Assembly: GCA_022567365.1 (NCBI GenBank)
Contig: JADFHG010000001.1
Coordinates: 1 to 25,111, forward strand
DNA length: 25,111 nt
DNA from: Planctomycetota bacterium
GTDB taxonomy: Bacteria; Planctomycetota; Phycisphaerae; UBA1845
Reading direction: 5' to 3'
Shown: in pieces, positions 1 to 7,589 of the stretch
Layout of the letters: each line of letters starts with the position of its first letter
How positions within the stretch are numbered: the stretch's first letter is position 1
Notes under the pieces: model-generated
Seen by the model: only the letters and a program-made list of their open reading frames with translations
The model's database searches: none
What the model was told of the DNA's origin: nothing
Position numbers and translations under genes: made by a program

Positions 1-1112
1 GACGGACACTCCTCTCCGGGCGGCAATTCGGGACCGGTGAAGCAGATTTGGAAGCAGGCGAAGTCGGCCAGGTCCACGTCGCCGTCGTCGTTGAAATCCG
101 CGTCGATCGGGGTCATCAGGAAGGCCTTGCCCGGCGATCCCTGAAACCCGCCGCTCCCGACGATCTGGCCGACGTTGTTGATGTCGCGCGGGAAGAGCCC
201 GATCCACTCCGTGTCGGGCGGCAGCAGGTCGGCCAAGTTCTGCATCCCGGTGTCGGGGTGATAGAGGAAGGGTGGGACGCCGATCACCTGTCCGCCGTTG
301 TTGATCGCGCACGCCCAACTGCTGGCGAATCCGCCGATCTTGCCCAGATCGATCATCTTCCCCTTCTCCCACAAGAATGCGTGGTAGATGTTACCTCCCT
401 CCGGGCGCTCAGATCGGCCGACCACCTGGTCAAAGTCATTAACCCCGTAGGCGCGGCTGAACTCTCCTCCGAGCGTACCCAAATCGGACATGACGCCATC
501 CATCATCAGGAAAGCGTGCGACTCGGTCCGGGTTGCGGCACCCCCGACGAAGTGCCCTGCGGTGTTGACGTCGAGCGCTCTACTACCCGTACCCCCGAGT
601 TGACTCGGGATGCCCGTCATGGTTCCCTTTTCCCAAACGAAGGCATACCATTCCTTGAACGCTATCTGGGAAACGCCAACGACTTGGCCCGAATCATTTA
701 CACCGATAGCATCCGTGTCGAGTTCACCGGGGTCGACGAGATCCCCGAGATCGATCATCTTGCCGTTCTCCCAGAGGAACCCGTGCGAGTAGTCGCCGGA
801 GTTGGTCGCGATTCCAACGACTTGTCCGACGTTATTGATTCCCCAGGCCTCGCTCTGCGCAAACGGCGGGAAGCTCCCCAGATCGATGATCTCCCCCGCC
901 GCCCAAAGGTACGCGTGTCGCTGACCCTCCGGCGTATCGGCGCTACCCGTCACCTGCCCGAGGTCGTTCACCGCGAGGGCCACGCCGCTAGCCCCTCCAA
1001 GCGTATCCACTTTGGTAATCGTGTACTGCTGCGCTTGGGTCGGTTCCGGATACCGACCGGCCATCAGGGCAAATACGCCGAACCAGAACAGTTGTAGAAC
1101 CTTTGCCTTCAT
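1..1112 (-). CDS. Secreted HAF-repeat (beta-propeller) protein with C-terminal dockerin/EF-hand-like tail; 3' end runs off the window
   Basis: Not in the ORF track because there is no stop in the window. Hand translation from ATG 1112 (GGAGGT RBS at 1117-1122) gives MKAKVLQLFWFGVFALMAGRYPEPTQAQQYTITKVDTLGG..., repeated 'A.xVND.GQV.G' and 'HAYLW/HAFLM/HAFLW' units, and the end ...DADFNDDGDVDLADFACFQICFTGP. The + strand ORF 48..1097 is its antisense shadow. Confidence 0.9.
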   Translation of the reverse strand, partial: MKAKVLQLFWFGVFALMAGRYPEPTQAQQYTITKVDTLGGASGVALAVNDLGQVTGSADTPEGQRHAYLWAAGEIIDLGSFPPFAQSEAWGINNVGQVVGIATNSGDYSHGFLWENGKMIDLGDLVDPGELDTDAIGVNDSGQVVGVSQIAFKEWYAFVWEKGTMTGIPSQLGGTGSRALDVNTAGHFVGGAATRTESHAFLMMDGVMSDLGTLGGEFSRAYGVNDFDQVVGRSERPEGGNIYHAFLWEKGKMIDLGKIGGFASSWACAINNGGQVIGVPPFLYHPDTGMQNLADLLPPDTEWIGLFPRDINNVGQIVGSGGFQGSPGKAFLMTPIDADFNDDGDVDLADFACFQICFTGPELPPGEECP

Positions 1113-1155
1113 CGTGACCTCCTTCGCAATTGGCCGAATTGGCTCCCGTAGCACG

Positions 1156-2415
1156 TCATGGCGACTCGCATGCGTCAGGGACGCCGTTGTTGTTGGAGTC
1201 GGGCCATGTCGTTGGAAAATGTGCGATGTCGAACGAGTCGGGACTCAGGTTCCCGTTGCAGTCGAAGTCGACCGACACGACGAGGGCAAAGTCGGCGTCG
1301 AGGGCAGGGGTTTCGACGTGTCCGTCCTCGTTGATCCCCTTGGTGCTTACCCCCACTTTCCACTGACCGGCGCCGGGGCTTTGGACGAAGATGTTCTCCA
1401 CCGTGTCCACCGCGATGGAGTTCGGTGCGCCGCCGGGCTGCGACCAGTTTGCGTCGAGCAATCCGGTGTTGCCCCAGTAGAGCGCCCCGGACGGCGACCT
1501 GAGCGCGAGGTTCAGATCATTGATGAAGGCGCGGGTTGCCTTGGGGTCGCCCATCGGGTCGGCGTAGACGAGCGTGACCTTGAGTTCGTAGGCTCCCGCG
1601 TCGACCGTGATCAGATACGCCGCCGTTTGGACCGCGTCCACCAAGTCCGTCTCGTCGATGATGAGCTTGAACTTGTCACCCACGCCGTGGACGTAGAGCT
1701 TGCCCACGTCGGCAAGGCCCCAACCCTGCTTGTCGCGCGTGAGGTCCGGATTCGGGGGAAACTGCCCCGCGAACACGTACATTCTACTCGTATTGATCAT
1801 CATCGCCTTGGCCGTGGTCATATGCGGGCGGTGCTCAAAAACGCAGTTCATGATTTGCGGATCACAGGCCGGCGAGACGAAATTCCCGAAGTGGCCCGCG
1901 CTCCACATCTGGTAGAACAAACCGAAATATCCACACGTGATCGGGGTGGCCGCGCTGGTGCCCCCGAAGCAGTCGGTGAAGGTGTTGCCGTTATCGGTAG
2001 TCGAGACCTCATCAAAGAAATGCGTGAAATCCGGCTTGATTCGGTTGTCCTCCGCCGGACCGTGACTTGCGGGAAGCTGGAGCACGCACTCCGGCGGGTC
2101 CGGGTGAAGCCAGGAGTCGTCGGTCGTGGTCAACGTGTCGCGATGATTCACCCCGCCAACGGCGACGATGTTCTTGGCCCATGCCTGCGGGCGCGAGGCC
2201 TTCACGCCGAAGTTAGCCTGAGACTGGCAGATCGTGATGTCGTACTGGAAGAGGATGTCGTCCATGGTCGCGCTGTCCGTCGTATAGTAGGGGTTCTCAA
2301 AAAACCCCCAACTGTTGGTCTGGAAGACTGGGTCGATGGAGCCCAGTGGGTCGTATCCCTCGGGGCAGACGTCGGTGCAGTCGAAAAGGGTCGAAACTCG
2401 TCGAATGTGGGCCAT
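1156..2415 (-). CDS. S8 (subtilisin-like) peptidase C-terminal half: oxyanion region, catalytic Ser, beta-sandwich domain and DCNGN/DSNNNG tail; no signal peptide, prodomain, catalytic Asp or His visible
   Basis: Motifs FQTNSWG, QSQANFG, AWAKNIVAVGG, RIKPD, GGTSAATP (nucleophile Ser), QGWG, LKVTLVYADP..NDLNL and DTVENI. Start placed at ATG 2415 because AGGGAG lies 8 nt upstream and the track's ATG 2493 overlaps a -10 box. Confidence 0.75.
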   Translation of the reverse strand: MAHIRRVSTLFDCTDVCPEGYDPLGSIDPVFQTNSWGFFENPYYTTDSATMDDILFQYDITICQSQANFGVKASRPQAWAKNIVAVGGVNHRDTLTTTDDSWLHPDPPECVLQLPASHGPAEDNRIKPDFTHFFDEVSTTDNGNTFTDCFGGTSAATPITCGYFGLFYQMWSAGHFGNFVSPACDPQIMNCVFEHRPHMTTAKAMMINTSRMYVFAGQFPPNPDLTRDKQGWGLADVGKLYVHGVGDKFKLIIDETDLVDAVQTAAYLITVDAGAYELKVTLVYADPMGDPKATRAFINDLNLALRSPSGALYWGNTGLLDANWSQPGGAPNSIAVDTVENIFVQSPGAGQWKVGVSTKGINEDGHVETPALDADFALVVSVDFDCNGNLSPDSFDIAHFPTTWPDSNNNGVPDACESP

Positions 2416-2491
2416 GTGTGGTGCTCCCTGTCCGCGAATACCTCGACGGCCGAATTGATGACGGCGGCCTTTCCCGTCCCGGTTGTCAGCC

Positions 2492-2521
2492 ATTATACCA
2501 ACGTATCGATCCTCCGATCAA
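2492..2521 (-). promoter_or_regulatory. Sigma70-type promoter upstream of the S8 gene
   Basis: Minus strand reads TTGATC-N18-TATAAT with TG extension (TGgTATAAT). A perfect extended -10 is unlikely by chance in GC-rich DNA. Confidence 0.6.
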
Positions 2522-2532
2522 GCTTGCTCTTC

Positions 2533-2707
2533 GCCGCGTGTTGAAGAAATCAAACCTCGGGTGTGGCACCGGCATCCGCAAGCGGACCCGGCAAGCCGGC
2601 CGGCCGGCCCGGTAACTGACGAACACGAGCCAAGTTGACGGTGCTGGATTCGCTCGAATGGCCGCCGAAAACAGGTCAGCCGCCTGCCATGCGTGAGCAA
2701 CAGGGCT
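2533..2707. mobile_element. MITE-like element: terminal repeat GCCGCGTGTTGAAGAA, internal GTGTGGCACCGG REP-like unit, degenerate right end CAACAGGGCT
   Basis: 2533-2548 matches the reverse complement of the right terminal repeat of the 15814-15946 element at 15/16 nt and is likewise followed by GTGTGGCAC. The right boundary is degenerate and uncertain. Confidence 0.45.
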
Positions 2708-2781
2708 TACCCACATCTACCGCTCCGATCCCCGATGCTCGGCTGGACGGCCGGTTGGTGCGGCGGTGGTGTCCGGCCGCT

Positions 2782-3477
2782 TCATTCCGAGCTCCCGAAC
2801 AGCGCGATATTGTAGAAGCGCCAAGTGCGTTCGAAGGGAAGTCCGAAAGACGTCATGACGACGTCGACGAGGTCCATAAACCCATCCATTAGTCCCGGTA
2901 CGGAGGCGAACAGCAAGAAGATCACGACCAGACCGCCCCAACCGAGTCGTCGCGCTTTTTCGCGAACGTCGTACGAGAGGTAGGGTTCGATGATTCCGAA
3001 TCCGTCGAGCGGCGGAATCGGGATCAGGTTGAAGAACACCGCGAAGAGCTGAAGCGTGGTCATCGCGCCGAGCAGCGTAACCCAGACACGGGTCTCGTTC
3101 GCGGCGACGTCGACGATACCCATGCTCGGGTGAATGACGGCGGCCAGGATGAGAAAGAGCACGAAGTTCGACGCGGGACCGGCCGCCGATACGGCCGCCT
3201 CCCAGTGCCTGCCCCGCAAACGGTTCCGCTCGATGTAGACCGCGCCGCCCGGCAGCGGCAGTCCGCCCATCGCCAGGAAAACAATCGGGACGAGAATGGA
3301 CGTCACCGGGTGAACGTAGGAAAGGATATCGAAGCGCAGATACCCCTTGTCCTTGACCGATCGATCCCCACCCCAATACGCCACGAGCGCATGGGCGAAC
3401 TCATGGATGCAGACGGAGAAGATCCAGCAGATGAGGACGGCACCGAAGAGCGGGGTTAGGGGGGCTAGGGCGAGCAT
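2782..3477 (-). CDS. Site-2 protease family (peptidase M50) membrane zinc metalloprotease
   Basis: HEFAH zinc motif in TM1, AAGPASN, and NLIPIPPLDG motif; several hydrophobic segments. Confidence 0.95.
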   Translation of the reverse strand: MLALAPLTPLFGAVLICWIFSVCIHEFAHALVAYWGGDRSVKDKGYLRFDILSYVHPVTSILVPIVFLAMGGLPLPGGAVYIERNRLRGRHWEAAVSAAGPASNFVLFLILAAVIHPSMGIVDVAANETRVWVTLLGAMTTLQLFAVFFNLIPIPPLDGFGIIEPYLSYDVREKARRLGWGGLVVIFLLFASVPGLMDGFMDLVDVVMTSFGLPFERTWRFYNIALFGSSE

Positions 3478-3564
3478 GGTGCCAAGAAGTTCCTATGGCG
3501 GTTTGAGTAACTCCTCGACAATGTGCTAACAACTCGGTGCATTACGGTGACACGTTGTAGCATC

Positions 3565-3990
3565 CTACTGGTCAGACGGTCGAACCAACCTGGATTGCAC
3601 AGCGATTTCGATTGCGAGCAGGCGCTGTCGCGCCTTATCATCCGGCCAGCCTGTCACGTTGGCGTGGTTTGGGTTGTCCGGCAGGCTAGCGTGATCACGA
3701 AGAGGGGCCGCCTGAATTGAAAGGTCCTGCTTGATGAAGGCGTTGGCAATGACGTCGCCGCGCCCATGCAACGTTCGCTGCCGAAGATGCGCAATTGCAC
3801 GACCTGCGGCCCAGACTTCATCCTCGGTCGCGTCGCGATGACGAGTCACGGACAGCTCAGCATGCGGAGGCGGCATGAACGCCTCAAGCTTGATCCCGTC
3901 AGTGCTTCCGCGGATGTGCCTACTGGAAAAGATGAACCGTGCCAGCAGTTCATCTTCCTCGACATCGGGCACGTGTCGTGCGTCGATCAT
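3565..3990 (-). CDS. Small (141 aa) hypothetical protein with ADP-ribosyltransferase-like motif pattern; putative toxin/effector
   Basis: ATG at 3990 overlaps the upstream stop (ATGA). Sequence MIDARHVPDVEEDELLARFIFSS...AFMPPPHAELSVTR...NPNHANVTGWP has the R / LSV / H strand pattern of small ART-fold proteins. The fold call is inference. Confidence 0.75.
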   Translation of the reverse strand: MIDARHVPDVEEDELLARFIFSSRHIRGSTDGIKLEAFMPPPHAELSVTRHRDATEDEVWAAGRAIAHLRQRTLHGRGDVIANAFIKQDLSIQAAPLRDHASLPDNPNHANVTGWPDDKARQRLLAIEIAVQSRLVRPSDQ

Positions 3991-4445
3991 GAATAGACTC
4001 GTCGCACTAAACTGAGAATGCTCTCCGGAACCTCGTCGTAGAACGTCTCGGTCCCGCACGTCTTGTTGGATCCGAGTAGAGCGGCGTAGTGCAGAAGTTC
4101 GTCGTCGCTGACGGCGACGGACAAGACGCGGCGGAGGCTTCGATACCATTCGACCGACAGGTGCCCGTGTGGATCCGCCCCAATCGTCGGCCGTGGAAAG
4201 CCAAGCGGCAACGCCTCCAGAAACGACTGCATGTTTCGAAACGCATCCTCTGAGACAGGCAAGGCATCGTAGCCGTCCCAATTGGCATACTTGCATTCTT
4301 CCCAGACCTCAGTGAGTTCGCCGCGCAAGATCCGCTCGAAGCCGACCGCCAAAGACTTGTCCATGTGCTCACGATTGCGCTGAGTCGTATCTGCGATAAA
4401 CTGAGCGGCGTCGCTGACCCCTGACGTGAGGGTGGCACTCGTCAT
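3987..4445 (-). CDS. Hypothetical protein with NWDGYDA.P motif (putative antitoxin/partner)
   Basis: 152 aa; start overlaps the upstream stop (TAATG). Pattern NWDGYDALPVS...FLEALP...PTIGADPHGHLSVEW...LHYAALLG. Confidence 0.8.
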   Translation of the reverse strand: MTSATLTSGVSDAAQFIADTTQRNREHMDKSLAVGFERILRGELTEVWEECKYANWDGYDALPVSEDAFRNMQSFLEALPLGFPRPTIGADPHGHLSVEWYRSLRRVLSVAVSDDELLHYAALLGSNKTCGTETFYDEVPESILSLVRRVYS

Positions 4446-5227
4446 TACTCGGCCTCCTTGAACCGCTCGATCATCTGGTTCTTAAGCACCGCATAGAACG
4501 CCTTGTTCTTCAGCCAGCGCATTTCGCCCAACCGTTCGTCGATGACGGCATCGTCCAGTTCCGTGGTGGTCGTCGTAAATACGTCGATGTCGATAATCAA
4601 ACCCGGGGCGTTCTCCGGCGGTGTGGGCGGCTGACTCGTCTGGATCACATGAACGCGGTACGCGTGGCCAGGCACCTCGAACAGGCTGCGATGAAGGAAC
4701 TCCGCGATTGGCAGCGCGAGCCCGCCCGGCGATTCCGGCGGCAGCGTCAAGATTTCGTCCAGGTTGCCCAAGTCTACCGGCACAATCCGGTTGATGAACC
4801 GCACGCCCAGCCGCTCGATTTCCGATGGCTCGGCCAGCTCGAGATGGATCCGCCACAATCGCTTGGCCTCGGCGGCGAAACGGTCCCAGTCCTCGTACGG
4901 TGACACCCGGCTGAAGACAAACCCGTTTCGCGTGAACTGCGCGATGTAGCGCTGGTCCGTTGATTCGAAGCGAAAACCATGCCAACGTGCGCGCTGTGCC
5001 TGAGCGGCTCCCTCGGGGCCAAACTGCGCCTCAAGCTCTACCTTCTGCTGGGACTGCACATTGGGATAATCGGGCAGTTTGGTCTTCAACTGCTCCAGCA
5101 GTTTTTCGCGATCAAGCGCTTTCCCGCTGCGGGCGCGCCAGTGAATTACCGCTTCGACAATCGGCGCCCGATTCAGGTGCGGAAACTCCTCCGCCAGATC
5201 GATCGTGAATGTCGGCCGCGCGTTCAT
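4445..5227 (-). CDS. TIGR04255-like sporadically distributed protein
   Basis: 260 aa with N-terminal 'L.RAPIVEAVI', 'AQF..NGF.FS..SPYEDWDRF', 'RLGVRFINRI' and C-terminal 'IIDID' motifs; GAGGAG RBS upstream. Confidence 0.8.
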   Translation of the reverse strand: MNARPTFTIDLAEEFPHLNRAPIVEAVIHWRARSGKALDREKLLEQLKTKLPDYPNVQSQQKVELEAQFGPEGAAQAQRARWHGFRFESTDQRYIAQFTRNGFVFSRVSPYEDWDRFAAEAKRLWRIHLELAEPSEIERLGVRFINRIVPVDLGNLDEILTLPPESPGGLALPIAEFLHRSLFEVPGHAYRVHVIQTSQPPTPPENAPGLIIDIDVFTTTTTELDDAVIDERLGEMRWLKNKAFYAVLKNQMIERFKEAE

Positions 5228-5278
5228 CGAAATCGACGTCTCCTCTTCGACTGTACGATCCTAGCATTCGCCAAGTTC

Positions 5279-6442
5279 TCACGCCACTTCTTTACAAACC
5301 TTCTCCGCCGCGTCCGTCAGGTCCGATGCCGGCACGAGTTGCGGAATCGCCGCGGCCTCGAGCAGCTCGCGGGCGCGCTCGACGTTTGTCCCTTCGAGAC
5401 GCACGACCACGGGGATCTTGAACCCGATCTCCTTCGCGGCTGCGATCAGGGCTTCGGCGATCGTGTCGCACTTGGCGATGCCGCCGAAGATGTTGACCAA
5501 TACGCCCTTGACCTTGTCGTCGGAGAGGATAATGCGGAACGCCTCGATCGCCCCCTCGGCCGTCACCGACCCGCCGACGTCGAGGAAGTTCGCCGGCTCG
5601 CCGCCGTGGAGCTTGATGATGTCCATGGTGGACATGGCCAGCCCGGCCCCGTTGACCAGACACCCGATGTTCCCGTCGAGCGCGATGTACGAGAGGTCGT
5701 GCTCCTTCGCGCGGAGCTCCATCGGGTTCTCCTCGGTCGGGTCGAACATCTCCTGCAGGCGTTTGTGGCGGAAGAGGGCGTTGTCGTCGAAGTTCATCTT
5801 GGCGTCGATCGCCAGGATCTCGCCGTCGGGCGTGCGGACGAGCGGGTTGATCTCGGCGAGCGAACAGTCGTAGTCGTTGAAGACCTTGACCAGACCGCGA
5901 ATCACTTTTTGCGCCGCCTCGAGTTGGCCCTTGTCCGTAAAACCGAGGGCGCTAGCCAGCTTGGCGCATTGGAAGTCGATCAGCCCGAGATGCGGGTGGA
6001 GCCAACGCTTGACGATCGCACCGGGATTGGTCCGCGCAACCTCTTCGATTTCCACGCCGCCTTCGCGGGACACCATTACCACGGGTTTGCGCTTGGCACG
6101 ATCGAGCACCACGGCGACGTAATACTCGCTCTCGATATCCACGGCGGCCGCGATGAGCAGCTTCTTGACCGCAATGCCCGCAGGTCCGGTCTGCGGCGAG
6201 ACCATACGGTTGCCCAGCATAAACTGCGCGGCGTCGCGAACCGCATCGGCTGAGTCGCACAGCTTTACGAAGCCTGCTTTTCCACGCCCGCCGGCGAAGA
6301 CCTGCGCCTTGACCACGACCTTGCCGTCGATTCTGCCATACGCCGCGACGGCCTCATCGACCGTGTCCACGACGTCGGACGAGGGAACGGGGACTCCCGC
6401 CTCGGCCAACAACGCCCGTGCCTGATACTCGTGTGCTTTCAT
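5279..6442 (-). CDS. sucC: Succinyl-CoA synthetase (ADP-forming) beta subunit
   Basis: MKAHEYQA start, VVKAQVFAGGRGKAG, EINPL, DAKMNFDDNALFRH, GNIGCLVNGAGLAMSTMDII, PANFLDVGG, NIFGGI, RLEGTN. Confidence 0.98.
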   Translation of the reverse strand: MKAHEYQARALLAEAGVPVPSSDVVDTVDEAVAAYGRIDGKVVVKAQVFAGGRGKAGFVKLCDSADAVRDAAQFMLGNRMVSPQTGPAGIAVKKLLIAAAVDIESEYYVAVVLDRAKRKPVVMVSREGGVEIEEVARTNPGAIVKRWLHPHLGLIDFQCAKLASALGFTDKGQLEAAQKVIRGLVKVFNDYDCSLAEINPLVRTPDGEILAIDAKMNFDDNALFRHKRLQEMFDPTEENPMELRAKEHDLSYIALDGNIGCLVNGAGLAMSTMDIIKLHGGEPANFLDVGGSVTAEGAIEAFRIILSDDKVKGVLVNIFGGIAKCDTIAEALIAAAKEIGFKIPVVVRLEGTNVERARELLEAAAIPQLVPASDLTDAAEKVCKEVA

Positions 6443-6775
6443 TGAGTGATTTCCGTCCGTGAACTCAGTGCCAATGCCGGTCGGGGGCAAACCCTGGTGC
6501 CCGCACCCTCGGAAGGACTATTCTGAGCCAAGTGTCGCCCGCAGGCAAATCGGCGATGATCGCACGCCGTCGGTGGTCCATCGCGGGCTGGCGAGCGGCG
6601 ATTGCCCGCTCCGGAGTATCTTGTGCGGACCATCGCGGTTACGATATCGTTGATCGACGGAGAAGACCGGCCTGCGCCATGCATCCGCGAGGCATCTCAA
6701 CCGGGATTCGAGCGCATTCGGACATCGTCGACGGTGCGTCCGCCGACGTCGAGCTAAAGGAGTAGTTGCGAGCCA

Positions 6776-7252
6776 ATGACCACCAATGCCCCCGCACCCG
6801 ACGTGCTCGCCATGATCGTTTGCGACCAGATCATCACCGATCGATTGACGGGCAAACAATCGCTGATCGGCATGTTCAGCAAGATCCACGCCCGAGGCTT
6901 CCCCGCCTCGCATCCGCAACTCAGTGTCTTCGTCGCGTTGACCGACGGCCACGGGAAGTCCGATCTTACGATTCGGATCGTGGATTCGAATGATTCGCGC
7001 CCGCCGCTCGTCGAAGGACGCGGTAGCGTCAAGTTCAAGGATCCGCGGGCCATCGCGAACCTAGCGTTGCAGTTCCACGGTCTGTCGTTTCCCGCGCCCG
7101 GCCAATACCGCGTACAGCTCTACTCCGGCAACGAGCTTCTGCGCGAAGCGCGCCTGGAGCTCGTCGCGGTCAAGCCGCGCAAGCGCAACCTGCCGCGTCC
7201 CGAGGAGGGCAACCCACCCCGCCCCGAGGACGGGGAGGGACCGAGCGAATGA
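6776..7252 (+). CDS. DUF6941-like hypothetical protein
   Basis: AAGGAG RBS; 'MIVCDQIITD..TGK.SLIG.F..I....FP..HP' pattern; beta-rich with a Pro/Glu tail. Confidence 0.75.
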   Translation: MTTNAPAPDVLAMIVCDQIITDRLTGKQSLIGMFSKIHARGFPASHPQLSVFVALTDGHGKSDLTIRIVDSNDSRPPLVEGRGSVKFKDPRAIANLALQFHGLSFPAPGQYRVQLYSGNELLREARLELVAVKPRKRNLPRPEEGNPPRPEDGEGPSE

Positions 7253-7329
7253 CGGCAACAGGGCGGATCTAACTTCATGACGGGTGCCGCATCGTCATAG
7301 TGTTCGCCTCCTGTGGCGGTCGCACGATT

Positions 7330-7338
7330 TGTGGATAA
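7330..7338 (-). promoter_or_regulatory. Perfect DnaA box (TTATCCACA)
   Basis: + strand TGTGGATAA, a single copy in a convergent intergenic gap. Confidence 0.35.
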
Positions 7339-7548
7339 CCATCGACCGTCGCGTGCATCCCAAAATGGGTGGCAAATCTGCGGACGGTGGCATGCGGGTT
7401 TTGTAGTGCAGCCGCGCGACCGCGCCGATGCGCCATCTTCCCCTTGCTCAGTAGCGTACGTCAGGCCTCGTACTTGCGCAATCGTATGCAGTGCGGCGCG
7501 AAATATTCAAGGGCGCTCCCCGGAATGGGATGCACCATCGACCGTCAA

Positions 7549-7574
7549 CGTCGCCCACGGGGGGACGACGCTAC
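7549..7574 (-). repeat. GTAG-type REP (GTAGCGTCGTCCCCCCGTGGGCGACG)
   Basis: GTAG foot, 8-bp stem and CCCCGT loop; same architecture as the copies at 10148 and 12267. Confidence 0.75.
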
Positions 7575-7589
7575 TTCTCCAACGGCCTG

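Noticed and set aside
48-1097. 349-aa + strand ORF
   Set aside because: Antisense shadow of the minus-strand HAF-repeat gene; no recognisable motifs.
2416-2493. ORF-track start of the S8 gene at 2493, and an alternative frame 'TGTGKAAVINSAVEVFAD' faintly like S8 sequence
   Set aside because: ATG 2493 overlaps the TATAAT box and has no RBS. The alternative frame is short, is preceded by a stop and has no His/Asp motif, so a frameshift cannot be supported without alignment.
1012-2544. 510-aa + strand ORF
   Set aside because: Antisense shadow of the S8 gene, typical of GC-rich DNA.
3523-3563. Short hairpin TGCTAACAAC...GTTGTAGCA downstream of the three-gene cassette, considered as attC
   Set aside because: Too short (about 40 nt) for attC; more simply a terminator or promoter region for the M50 gene.
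4979-6253. 424-aa + strand ORF (likewise 8037..8879, 9070..10146, 14904..15884 and 15934..17394)
   Set aside because: These lie antisense to clearly identified genes (sucC, ispG, lipoprotein, Yip1, MFP) and have R/V/D-rich shadow composition.
7253-7589. oriC candidate
   Set aside because: Only one DnaA box, no AT-rich unwinding element, and no dnaA/dnaN nearby.
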